The notes beneath the pieces were generated by a model. That model made no database searches. It saw only the letters and a list, made by a program, of their open reading frames with translations, and was not told the DNA's origin. The position numbers and the translations under genes were made by a program. Positions 13,339 to 25,931 of a stretch of 64,000 bases of DNA are shown piece after piece (the first letter of the stretch is position 1; every line of letters begins with the position of its first letter). This DNA is from Octopus vulgaris. Its lineage: Eukaryota. Location: assembly GCA_951406725.2 (NCBI GenBank), contig OX597821.1:7440001-7504000 (forward strand), read 5' to 3'.

Positions 13339-13465
13339 ATATATAAATTGATAGATATAGATAGACATATATATATATCCATATATAAATTGATAGATAT
13401 AGATAGACATATGTGTATATATATATATATATATATCCACATATAAATTGATAGATGTAGACAGA
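13168..13465. repeat. Compound minisatellite: constant ~30-bp core separated by variable (AT)n
   Basis: Five copies of CCATATATAAATTGATAGATATAGATAGAC, each separated by (AT)n of different length. Confidence 0.9.
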
Positions 13466-15596
13466 CACACACATGCATATATACATACATTAGACAGAGA
13501 GATTGTACTGTATCTTACTCATTAAAATCTATATAGTTGAGATTTCCCAATTTCCTCTCCGACTAAATAGTATTTTAAACAAGAGTAAATCTCTTCAATA
13601 TTTTCATAATACTGGTTTTCATTTTTTTCCTCTTTCCCCGTATTATTCTTCTACCGTTTTTTTTTTTTCTTTGTTTTTCTCACTCATCTTGAACACATTC
13701 AAGTTCAGTCTAATGTCTTTTAGCCCTTATAGCCCTACGTCCTTGGGCTTCTGCTGAGACTATTGTCCTTGTGCTTCTTAAGTGACTGTGTTCAGGTTCT
13801 TGCGATCTGTGTGTGTGTGAATCTCATCAACAGTAGCAGTATTGTTCTTATGTATTCTTTTCTGTGCCGGCATGAGTTAGATGTGACTTCCTAAGGCAGG
13901 TTTGTTTCCTTGAGGCCAGTCCTTTCAGTGACCTGTTCTAATGTGTCAGAAATGCCCATATACCAAGAATTGATGTGGTTTCAGTATCTAGGATGCATAT
14001 TTGATGCTAGCATGAGTCAGTCATAATTTTTTGAGACAGATTTTCCACAGCCCACGTCTTTCAGGTTTTGGATTGTCAATTTCAGGCAATCCAAAGCCTG
14101 AAAGAGACAAAGCTTCTCTGTTTGAGGCTTGCAAAAAAGTTGCTTGGAACTGGATCAAATTATTAAAAATAATACATGTAACTCTTACTAAATGTACTGA
14201 GTGTCCTTTTCTTTTGTTAATCCACTCACGTAATAGCATCCATGCGGTGCCACATAAAAGCACCTTCTACACTCTGTAAAGTGGTTGGTGTTAGGAAGGG
14301 CATCCAGCCGCAGAAACTATGTCAAATCAGACTGGAGTCTGGGGATACCGCCCACCACCACCATCATGCCAGCTCTGGTCACGCCATCAAATCCATGCCA
14401 GCATGGACGATGGATGTTAAATGATGATGATGATATATAGCCACCTGGATGAATTCTAACCCATGTAGGCATGGAAAAATGGATGTGAAAATGGTGGCGA
14501 TGATCAATGATTATCTATACTTTGGTAAACATTTTTCTTGCAAAATTTCAGTAAAAAGCATGCATTATTAAATAAGTTCTAAGAAAACCTGTTGGAACTG
14601 GTGGTGGTGGTGGTGGTGGTGGTGGTGGTGGACATTACACTCTAGTTATGCCAAGAATCAATTCTCAGATCTGTAAGACCTTCACTTAGAGTTAACAGTT
14701 ATGATAGTTGTGTGTAACGAAGATACTTTCTCTTCTCCGGAAACCCTACATAGAACACAATCTAAATCCAATGGATTGATAGCTTGATCTTGGCTCTAGT
14801 ATTAAAGCAGAGACTTCAATTAATACTAATTAGTTATTTCTCTGTAAATACTGAACAGTTGAGGAATTTGTCAAATAAATCTGTCAGTCTACTCAGTTAA
14901 TAAGTTAACTTTAATTAAATTTAATTAATTAACAAGAAGCTGTTACTGAAATTGGTTTCTATTTGGCATGGTTTTATTTTATTTTTTTCATCTTTTTTTT
15001 TCTTTTAGTTTTCTCCGTAGGAAACTGCAAATGTTGAATATTTTAATTAAAAAAAAGAAAAGACTTTTATCTCACATTTCATCATTTAAAGGATTAATTG
15101 TTAATTAATAACTTACTGGTCAGTAAAATTATTCTGGATTAAAAGAAGGAATGTGTTTTTAATCTGCATAAAAAGTAATTATGTTTCATATTAGAATCAT
15201 GATTATAAATATCTTTCATCTTTTACTTGTTTCAGTCATTGGGCTGCGGCCGTGCTGGGGCACTGTCTTGAAGGGGTTTTAGTGAAACAAATCAACCCCA
15301 GTACTTTCTTTTTTATAGAGTTTCAGCATTAGGAAGGGCATCCAACCATAGAAACCATGCCAAAACAGACATGGGGCCCAAGCAGCTCTTCAGCTCCTGT
15401 CAAACCATCCAACAGATGTCAGCATCGAAAACAGACATTAAATGATGATGATTATGATGATGGTGGTGACTTATTCTATCAGCCTCTTGTTCTGAACCAC
15501 TAAGTTACAGGGATGTAAACAAACCAGCACTGGTTGTCAAGCAGTTGGTAGGGGAACATACACAGGCACAAAGATATGCATACAGGTGTGTGTATG

Positions 15597-15630
<34 letters not shown>

Positions 15631-16512
15631 CATGCACACACACACACACACACATAATGGGCTTCCACATAGTTTTCATTTGCCAAATTCACTCCACAAG
15701 TATTAGTGAGCTTGTGGCTATAGTAGATGGTGCTGCAGAGTGAGATTGAACCCTGAACCCGAAACATTGTGGGTGCAAAATGAGCCTCTTAACCACACAG
15801 TCATGCCATAACTCTCTTAATACTTAAAAATATCGATTTCTGCTTTTGGCCCCAAGGCCACGAATTTCGCAGGGGACAAGCATTACAGTCCAATACTTGA
15901 CTCGTACTTTATTCTATCCACCCAGGAAGGTCAAAAGATGGAGTTGAAGTCATGTGATATCGTAGTTCCACTGCTGGCACTTGATATTCTTCATCTGTTA
16001 TTGATATCTCTTTACTTAGATGCACTAGACTTATATGAGAGTTTCTCAGGATGGTGTCTCAGCATTGTCATAATACATCCACATTACGTAGACTGCCATT
16101 AAGTGTGTGTATGTGTGTATGTGTGTGTGTGTGTGTGTATATATATAATCTACATGTGTATTTCTATGTCTGTGTGTATATATATGTAAAAGACAGGGTG
16201 GTCACAGCTGGAATGCTTTTTCATGCAAAGCAGAGAATGTAAACATTTACACATGCACTCACACATGTACATACACACACACGCCAGGCTTTGTACAGTT
16301 TCTGTCTACCAAATTCACTCACAAGTCATTGGTCAACCAAGAGCTTTATTAGCAGACAATCGCCTATGGTGCCATGCAATAGGACTGAACCCAAAACTAC
16401 ATGGTTGCAAAATGAACTCCTTAACCACACAGCCACCCCTCGCATAATATAATGTGATTGTATTTATTTTAGGATGCTAATAAACTCTGGCAAAGCCAGC
16501 TACCACTATCAG

Positions 16513-16556
<44 letters not shown>

Positions 16557-17743
16557 GGGACATGTGACGTGGGATTACAGCTAAAGTTTCCTAGCCTTTA
16601 TGAATAGCAAAAAAGGTTTATTTAAAAAGGAAAAATCACAGGAGGGGATGTAATACTAGAACTATCAAAACATTTGATATTCTCAGCTGGAAAAGTTATA
16701 GTAATTGCAGCAGGTATGTTCATTAATAAGTAGTGTGTGTGTGTGTATGTGTGTCTTTGTACATGTGTCACCTTTTTAAATAATCCCCCCCACCCGTCTC
16801 CCAGTATATCACATGTCAGCTGTTTCACGGTGTTGGCTGTTGTTGTTGTTATGTATCTGACTTTCTTCATGAGGTTTTGTTCCTCTTTTACTTGTTTCAG
16901 TCATTGGATTGCAGCCATGCTGGAGCACTGCTTTGAAGAGTTTTTTTTTCACTTGAACAAATTGACACTGGTACTTTTTTTTTTTTTTAACTCCCAATAC
17001 TTATTCTGTTGTTGGTCTCTTTTGTTGAATTGCTAAGTTGCAGGGATGTAAATCGGGGGGGGGGTGTCCCCCTCCCCCCCTCCTCCAATGTCTGCCTTCC
17101 ATGCAGGCATGGGTTGGACAGTTTGACAGAAGCTGGCCAGGCAGAAACCTGCACTATACCTTTGAGTCTGCTTTGGTGTGGGTTTTTTACAGCTGGATGC
17201 CATTCCTAACACCAACCACCCTGCAGAGTTGACTGAGTGCTTTTTACATGTCACCAGCATAGGTGAGATCAGTTTTGGCATGGTTTTTACAGCTGGATGC
17301 CCTTCCAAATGCCAACCACTTCACAGTGTGCACTAGATGCTTTTTTTTATTTATGGGCCCTTTTGACTACTATTTCAATCTGGTAGATCCCACATAGCCA
17401 TTCAGTGTTTAAAACTAGTTTTATAGAAACTTCTTTCAAAATACCTATTTAGTAGTTCACATATTAGCTTGTGTAGGTTGAACTGTGTAAAAGTTTAGAT
17501 AAAGAAACCTAGCTGATTCTTGCTATACATGCCAATACATACATCTAAAGCAAAAATTTTTCAGAGACCCTTAAATTACTATTGAGGAACCACAATTATT
17601 TTGTTGTGTGGACCCCACAAAATCTTATATGGATCCTTATAGAGGACCACTGATTTAACCTTTTCATAACCGTATTTATTTTGAGAAGCTCACAAAGCAT
17701 TTTGTACTGTAGCTAATGCTTTTGCCAGCTCTGTATCATTATT

Positions 17744-17953
17744 GATTTCAAATTTTGGCTCAAGGCCAGCAATTCCAGTGGTGGGAGTAAATTGATTACA
17801 TCGACCCCAGTGTTCAACAGGTACTTATTTTATTGACCCTGAAAGGATTAAAGGCAAAATCAGCCTCGGAGGTATTTGAAATCGGAATTTAAAGACAAAA
17901 TGCTGCTACTAAGCATTTTGCCTGGCACGGTAACAAGTTTGTCAGCTCACCAC

Positions 17954-17992
<39 letters not shown>

Positions 17993-18185
17993 TCTTTCTA
18001 CTAAAGGCACAAGGCATGAAATTTGGGGGAAGGGGACTAGTTGATTATATCACCTCATGTGTTTCACTGGTACTTAATTTTCTTGACCCCAAAAGGACGA
18101 AAGGTAAAGTTGACCTTGGCAGAATTTGAACTCAGAACACGAAGATGAAAGAAATACCACTGACGATTCTGTCAGCTCACCACCT

Positions 18186-18218
<33 letters not shown>

Positions 18219-18431
18219 CCTTTCTACTATAGGCACAAGGCCCAAAATCTGCGGGGAGGTGGCCATTCAATTAGATCAACAACAGTACACAACTGTTACT
18301 TAATTTATTGACTCCAAAAGGATGAAAAACTAAGTCGACCTCTGCAGAATTTGAACTCAGGACATTGCGACGGGCAAAATACTGCTAAGCATTTCACTCA
18401 GCATGCTAATGTTTCTGCCAGCTCACCACCT
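17744..18431 (-). mobile_element. Cluster of three SINE family B copies in (AAT)n tracts
   Basis: Three same-orientation copies separated by (AAT)n. Confidence 0.8.
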
Positions 18432-18474
18432 TATAACAACAACAACAATAATAATAATAATAATAATAATAATG

Positions 18475-18506
<32 letters not shown>

Positions 18507-18522
18507 CTTTTTAAATATTTGA

Positions 18523-18719
18523 TTCTTTTACTTGTTTCAGTCATTTGACTGTGGCCATGCTGGAGCACCCCACCTTTTTAGTCGAGCAAATCGACCCCAG
18601 GACTTATTCTTTGTAAGCCTAGTACTTATTCTATCGGTCTCTTTTGCCAAACCACTAAGTTACAGGGACGTAAACACACCAGCATCGGTTGTCAAACAAT
18701 GTTGGGGGGACAAACATAT

Positions 18720-18788
<69 letters not shown>

Positions 18789-18988
18789 CATACATACATA
18801 CATACATACATACATACATACATACAACAGGCTTCTTTCAGTTTCCAGCCACGAAATCCACTTACAAGGCTTTGGTCGGCCTGAAGCTATAGTAGAAGAC
18901 ACTTGCCCAAGGTGCCACGCAGTGGGACTGAACCCGGAACCATGTGGTTCGTAAGCAAGCTACTTACCACACAGCCACTCCTATACCT
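18523..18988 (-). mobile_element. SINE family A with expanded (CA)n(TA)n(TACA)n core
   Basis: Full head-to-tail colinearity with other family A copies. Confidence 0.9.
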
Positions 18989-19514
18989 ATAGGAGTGTTT
19001 ATTATTTGTGACAATACAGTCACTAATAGTAAATATACAAATGCTTTGTAGTTAATCTTGCATTACAGACTTTCTTTCTACTGTGTTACTACACAGTGAA
19101 CTAAACAGACTGATTGCTGAGGATCACTGTCATGTCACTTACAACCATAACCACAGATATACACACACATACAGACACACACGTGTATATGTGTTCATAG
19201 ACACACATTAAATAGTATTATGTGTACACTTGTACAAGCACACACACTTGCAAACTTAACATGCTCACATATCCATAAATGTACATAGGCTCACTTGTAT
19301 ACATACTTGCATACACACACACACACACTTGGATTCACATATATGCATATGCACATATGTTCACTTATATATATATAGACACATTTATACACATAGATAC
19401 AGGTCGTCGTCAACTTACGACCCATCCGACTTATGACTGATCGACTTTATGATGATTGGCATGCCAGCTTCCGGCAACAATAACAAATGATCCGGTTGAA
19501 ATCTAATGGGTTTA

Positions 19515-19868
19515 CGGAGATGTACTCGCATAGCAAGTGATTTGATCTGAGATCGTGTGCTGGAACAAAAACAATTGCAGCGTGGAAGGTGTTTGTAAGC
19601 CATTTAAGAAACACACAAAAGCCGTTCGATTCACTTCAACATTTAAGTTTAATTTGTCTAAATATTTTCGTCACTTTAAGACCGTGACCTGTTCACTGAC
19701 AAAATCCGTGCTGCATCTCTGAGATGCAGCACGGATTTTTGTCAGTGAACAGGTCGCGGATTTTAGCGACGAAAATATTTTGACAAATTAAACTTAAATG
19801 TTGAAGTGAATCGAACAGCTTTTGTGTGTTTCTTAAATGGCTTACAAACACCTTCCATGCTGCAATTG
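19515..19868. mobile_element. Asymmetric palindromic retro-insertion (Penelope-like) with 13-bp TSD
   Basis: 149-bp arms centred on 19720 plus ~56-bp left extension; direct repeat TCTAATGGGTTTA at 19502-19514 and 19869-19881. Confidence 0.75.
19738..19787 (+). ncRNA. Minimal type-I hammerhead ribozyme-like motif, G3-C8 core variant
   Basis: UUUGUCA-GUGAACA-G-GUCGC(GGAUUUUA)GCGAC-GAAA-AUAU-UU-UGACAAA: 7-bp stem I, 5-bp stem II, palindromic stem III. Confidence 0.6.
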
Positions 19869-20387
19869 TCTAATGGGTTTAATTTCTTGGAAATTAACCT
19901 GTCTATGGATGATGTCAGCTAACAAACGCTTCCCCTGGGTTTGGTTATCGGTTGCCACTGTGTTGGCTGACAACTATCCTGTCATGGAGACATCTAGGCA
20001 ACCCTGCATTTGTTTGTAAGATGATTGCTTGAGACTCCGAAATTTTTGACTAATGCCAAAATTATAATAGTATAATACAGAATGCTGTGTGTGTCTTTTA
20101 CCTGAGAATTTACCTTAAGAATGTAAAAATATAAAACAAAGCTATGTAAGCCTCTATAGGCCGACTTACAACCAAATCAACTTACGACCAGTCAGCTGAA
20201 ACCAATTGTGGTCCTCAGTCGAAGATGACCTGTACACAATAAGTTATATTACATGAATACCTATTCAAGCACACAGATACTCTCATGCTTACACACACAC
20301 TGAGACTTACATATATATATATTTAATAACAAAGGGTAAAATTCATGGCAAACTTAAGTAATACTAATAAAAGGGTTCAGCAAAGAT

Positions 20388-20541
20388 TTGCTTCACCACA
20401 CACCGAATTTAGAAATAGCAGCCAAAAATCTTAGCTATTTCTTCTACTTTAAAAAGGGTATCTGGAAGACCCTTTTTAAAGTAGAAGAAATAGTTAAGAT
20501 TTTTGGCTGTTATTTCTAAACTTCGGTGTGTGGTGAAGCAA
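20388..20541. repeat. Near-perfect palindrome, ~72-bp arms
   Basis: TTGCTTCACCACACACCGAA...AAAAAGGGT / ACCCTTTTT...TTCGGTGTGTGGTGAAGCAA with ~9-nt loop. Confidence 0.9.
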
Positions 20542-20551
20542 TTTTTTATTA

Positions 20552-20594
<43 letters not shown>

Positions 20595-22485
20595 CATGTG
20601 TGTGTCTTTGTATCTGTGTTTGTTCCCCACTATTGCTTGATGAGTAAAAGATAAAATATATGCACAAGTAGCCTGTCATATGTATGTGTGTGTGTTTTGG
20701 TGTTTGTCTTTGCCCCACCACCCCACCACCACTTGGCAACCAGTGTTAGTGTGTTTACATTCCCATAGCTTAGCAGTTCAGTAAAAGAGACCAATAGAAT
20801 AAGTACCAGGTTTAAAAAAAGAAAACTAAGTACCACGATGGATTCACTTGGCAAAAAACCCTGCAAGGTGGTGCCCCAGCATGATCTCAGTTTAATGACT
20901 GAAACAGATAAAAAATAGAAGGCAAACGATACTTAGATACGCTGTGACACGTTTACCTATTTTCTGCATTTGAAATCGTCATATATTTGTTTTTACTTCG
21001 TTTCTTGTTTTCTTTGTTATGTATTATATAAATGCTATTTGTCAAATAGGTGTTAGGCTCAACTTTCCACCTAACTTAATACAACTGTCAGCTAGCCCTA
21101 GGGTGTCTAGGTACTAAGTACAATAAACAACACGGTTTAGTACTACAGTCAGCTGGTCCTTTCCTGATAGTTCTAAATACATCACTTGGTTTAACCCTTC
21201 TAGCATTCAGATTACTCTGATAAATGTGATTATTCACATCGTTTTGAGTTAATCGTGCATTCTGTTGTAGTTCCATGATGTCAGTGATGTAATTGTTTTT
21301 CTCTTCAGCATGACATTGTAGAATAGATCAGCTTAGCTTTTTTTTTAAGTCATGGAGACTCATTGGGACCATTTCTCAGTTTCTGTGGTGTACATATCCA
21401 CCCCCTGGAGTGCATTTATTTTGCCAACTGAGTGAACTGGAGCATAAACACAACACATCGCCAGGCCCAGGAATTGAAACTATAATCTTATGATCGTGAG
21501 ACCAACACCCTAACTAGTAAGCCACATACCTCCACATTGTAGGATAGATGTGAGTGGCTGGGTCTGAGTCAGTTTGGACATAAAACGGGCAGCATATTTG
21601 GGGTAGATATCGGTTTCAAATTTTGGCACAAGGCCAGTAATTTCAAGGGAAGAGGTAAGTCGATTAGATCAACCCCAGTGCTCAACTGGTTTGTATTTTA
21701 TTGACCCCAAAACAATGAAAGGCAAAGTCGACCTTGGCAGAAGTTGAACTCAGAATATAAAGACAGATGGAATGTAAAGACGTTCTAGAATGGCAATGTA
21801 GGGTAGGTATGAGAGGCTGGATCTGGTCAGCTTGAATATAAGCAAGCAGAATATTTGGGCCAGATAATGGTTTCAGATTTTGGCCAACAAGTTCAGGGGT
21901 GGGGACAAGTTGATTACAATGACCCTAGTGCTCAACTGGTACTTATTTCATTGACCCTGAAAGGATGGAAGGCAAAGTCACCTCGGTGGAATTTGAACTC
22001 GGAACATAAAGACGAACGAAATGCCACTAAGCATTTTGCCCGGCATGTTAACAATTCTGCTAACTCATCACCTTATATGGTGTAGATATTGCCAATACAA
22101 ATGCTAAAGGATTATAAACATCATTGTCATGTAGGAATGGACATGGCATCTGAGAGTCCTTTAGTGAAATTCATTGTTGCTTGCATTCAGACTAGATCCT
22201 GCAGTTGCTTCCCTGCTTAAGTTATCACTACACATGTTCAGGTTTGGTCTTGGATACATTTAGCTCTCCATTCTGAAAGAGCTTGCAAAGATCAAGGAGA
22301 CTAGCCCTATCCAACTAATTTTGTTTTATATCAAGGTATATAATGAAAAACATGGAACTGTAAATGTTTGGAAAAAAACAAATTAGGAGTTGGCCATTTT
22401 ATCTTGTATTTTTTTGTTTTCCCATTTTCTTATTTTAGTCATTGGATTGCTGCTATGCTGGGGCACTGCCTTGAAGGGTTTAGTC

Positions 22486-22800
22486 CAGGGGTTGCCAAAG
22501 GATAGTCCAAGAGACCTAGGAGTCAGTGACGGATTGCAAGGGGTCGATGTTTGCCAAGGGGTTGAATGGGGGTCGGCATGCGAAAGACCAGCTCACCCAG
22601 ATAAACTGTTTGAAATACTTAGTCAGCATCATACCTGTATATTTTAGCTAACATTTTAATTGCTTGCATCAGTATCCAGTACGCTTTTAAGATATGATAA
22701 CGTAGGGTAGAGTAGTGAGATATTTTAAATGAGGAAGGTGGTCGATGCAGGAAGAAGTGGCTAAAGGGGGTCAATGGTTGAAAAAGGTTGGTGACCTCTG
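22486..22800. mobile_element. hAT MITE inserted in a SINE A copy
   Basis: TIRs CAGGGGTTGCCAA / TTGGTGACCTCTG; perfect 8-bp TSD GTTTAGTC (22478-22485, 22801-22808). Confidence 0.85.
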
Positions 22801-23254
22801 GTTTAGTCAAACAGATCAACTCCAGTATTTATTCTTTTAAGTCTGGTACTTTATTGGTTTCTTAAATTGAACCACTAAGTCATGAGGACATAAACAAACA
22901 CCAGTTGTCAAGCAGTGTGTGAGGGGGAAGACATGCACACACACACACACGCACACACACACACATATATGATGGGCTTTCACAAAGTTTCCTTCTACCA
23001 AAGTCACTCACAAAGCATTTATCAGCCCAGGGCTATAATAGATGACATTGCCAAAGGTGCTGCATGGTGGGACTGAACTGGGATTCATGGCTGTAAAGCA
23101 AGCTTGTTAACCACATAACCAGGCATGCTTGTTAACCACATGAGCATGCCTGCATCTACTGATACATCAAATTTTCATATTTTCTATCTTGTGTGTGTGT
23201 GTGTGTGTGTGTGCTGTATTTTTGAGTGAGTTTCAGTACTCTAACTTAGGTTTA

Positions 23255-23765
23255 AGGTGCTGAGCTGGCAGAATCCTTACCATGCTGGACAAAATACTTG
23301 ACAGTATTTCTTTCTGGACAGAGCGACGAGCAGGCAGAAATGTTAGCACACTGGGTGAAATGCTTAGCAGTATTTTGTCTGCCGTTACATTCTGAGTTCA
23401 AATTCTGCCGAGGTCGACTTTGCCTTTCATCCTTTCGGGGTCGATAAATTAAGTACCAATTGCACACTGGGGGTCAATGTTATCAACTTAAATTCCTTTG
23501 TCTGTCCTTGTTTGTCTCCTCTATGTTTGGCCCCTTGTGGGCAATAAAGAAATAAGAATCCTTACCATGCTGGACAAAATACTTGACAGTATTTCTTTCT
23601 GTTTTACACTCTGATTTCAAAGGTCACCTGGGTCAACTTTTTGCCTTTCATCGTTTTGGGGTCTGTAATGTAAATCAGTTGAGCATTGGAGTCCGATGTA
23701 ATCACCTTGCAAACCCCCACCCACTTCCCACGAAATTGCTGGCCCTGTGCCAGAATTTGAAACCA
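23255..23765 (+). mobile_element. Young SINE B (about 23317-23554) nested in an older SINE B
   Basis: Two heads and two cores; 47-bp direct repeat flanks the inner copy. Confidence 0.8.
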
Positions 23766-24166
23766 ATGTTCCAACATTGGTTAACCATGGTGGAACCAGA
23801 TACAATTAAAAGACTAATCAAATTGATAAAGAGTTGTGAGATCAGTTTTAATTACCTGCTTTGATCTCACCCAACCACGACCAACACCACCAAAAAAAAA
23901 AAAAAATGGAAAACAAGGCATGGTCTTTTGACATAATTTCTGCAGAACCTTTCATTTGCGGTTCCCTAATTTCTTCTCTTTGCAAGAGAAGAGGTTCAAA
24001 CACAGACAGCAACTGCTGCCTATCATATTACACCTGCAGCTCTTTATAGAAAAATGTTGGGTAACTGAATACCTCCTCCTCCTGACTTTTATAGGAGTTT
24101 CGTGTTTCTGTGATGATATGCTGCTGTCATCATCATTCATTTCACATCCGGATACGGGGGGGGGGG

Positions 24167-24435
24167 ATTCTTTCTTTTTCTTTCTTTCTTTTTGTCTTTC
24201 TTTCTTTCTGTCTGTCATTCTTTTATTCTCCTTTATTTCCTTCTCCTTTTCTTTCCTTCCTTCCTTCATTCTTTCCTTTCATTCTCATCCTTCCTTTCTT
24301 TCTCCTTTTTTTTTTGCTTTCTTTCCCTCTTTTCTTTTTACTTTCTTTCCTTCTTTCTTTCACATTCTTCCTTTCTTTCTTCCTTTCCCTTTTCTTTCTT
24401 TCCCTCCCTCTTTCCATCCATCCATCTATCCATCT
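24167..24435. repeat. Polypyrimidine (TTTC/TTCC)n low-complexity tract
   Basis: Direct reading; source of the F/L/S-rich ORFs. Confidence 0.95.
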
Positions 24436-25365
24436 TTGTGTTGGTTAGAAGCAACTCACAGACTGTCACATGTTGGTGCATATTTTCACATGGCAACAAC
24501 AGACAAAATTACCATTCATTGTGTTTTGGGGGAGATTTTCATAAAGGCTTTCTTTTTTTCCTTATTTTTTTTATGCGTGGCTAGAAAATGCCCTTCTCAT
24601 CTCAGACTGGGGAACCTTTTATCATGTCACTGGCATTAGAGATGTTGACTACACCAGGACTAAAAAGCCCTTTTTTACCCATATCAGTTTTTCTCATTTA
24701 TAAGCACAGGCATAGCTGTGTGGTAAGAATCTTACTTCACAACCACATGGTTTCTGGTTCACTCCCACTGCAAGGCACCTTGGGCAAGTGTCTTCTACTA
24801 TAGCAGCTGGATGATTGAAACTTTCTTAGAGTATTTGGCAGGCAAGGGTTGTCAACAGAGAGGACATCTGGACATAGAAGATCTGCCTCAGCAAATTCCA
24901 TCTGATTCCTGCAAGCATGAAACAATAAACATTAAAATGATGATGATGAACACTGGCCAATGCCAGTGTTGCAGAACTGGCACCAATGCTGATGGCATGT
25001 AAAAAGCACCTTTTGACCTTTGGGCCTCAAGGAGGCAATGACAAGTGACTGAGTCCTTTGGCAATATACTGTGCTTGAGGAGACTGATCAAGCCAAGTGA
25101 GATTGTAGTTGTGGCTGACGCTGGTGTTTTGTAACTGGCACATAAACAGCACCCACTACACTCTTGGAATTGTTGGCATTAGGAAGGGCATCCAGCTGTA
25201 GAAACTGCCATATCAGATTGGAACCTGGGGTAGCTCCCCAGCATGGAAAGTGGACATTAAATGGTGATGATGATGATGAGTTTCATATGATAGAACTCCT
25301 GGTGGTCTTAGGCAGGTCAATATCAAAGATGTTAATCAGCTATATTCTATCCCCGCCACTCTCTC

Positions 25366-25421
<56 letters not shown>

Positions 25422-25439
25422 ATATAGTCTTGTACCAAA

Positions 25440-25725
25440 GTTAGAAATCAGCTTTATTAGTTCTGCCGTTTTGTTTGGATTGATGTGTATTGCAACATTC
25501 TTGGCAATAAATATTTTAATTCCTTCCAGAATTTTCTGTGTTGTATTGAAGCCATGTTGAGTAAAAACAATTATTTTGTCTTAAACTTTGGTGATGTTGT
25601 TGTCATAGTATCGAGTATCAGCCATCGCACTGGAGAATGTCAAGTTAGACAGGGAAATCTTAAGAATTCCAGTTGATATTCTATCGCCGTCCAGAATCTT
25701 CAAGATGTGTAGTGTTTGTTTAGGA
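25440..25725 (-). pseudogene. Possible highly decayed LINE reverse-transcriptase fragment
   Basis: One frame with a single stop: DTRYYDNNITKV*DKIIVF...TTQKILEGIKIFIAKNVAIHINPNKTAEL, resembling the YADD...LQ.LL...GL.IN..KT region. Confidence 0.35.
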
Positions 25726-25931
25726 AGCTTATAATTTTGGATAACTGCATCATATCTTCTTCATAAATACAGCATAACTTCATCATAATCACATCATGAA
25801 AATACAATATCGTATCACCATCAAAACATAACGTCATAAAAACATCATGTCATCATAAAAATTTGACAAAGTGTGACATCATAAAAAATACAACTACACT
25901 ATTACTCCATCAAAATTTAACATCATAGCTA

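Larger units (their letters stand above)
19400..20232. mobile_element. Tigger/pogo-like MITE hosting a palindromic insertion
   Basis: TA|CAGGTCGTCGTCAACT ... AGTCGAAGATGACCTG|TA; subterminal ACTTACGAC repeats. Confidence 0.75.

Noticed and set aside
13168-13465. Constant repeat with variable spacers
   Set aside because: Spacers are only (AT)n slippage products
12391-13490. Many 60-145 aa ORFs rich in YI/HT/CV, also near 18660, 41000, 48500 and 53400
   Set aside because: Translations of (TA)n, (CA)n and (TG)n microsatellites
23956-24639. Longest ORF (227 aa), hydrophobic and membrane-like
   Set aside because: Mostly the (TTTC)n tract, which lacks stops by composition
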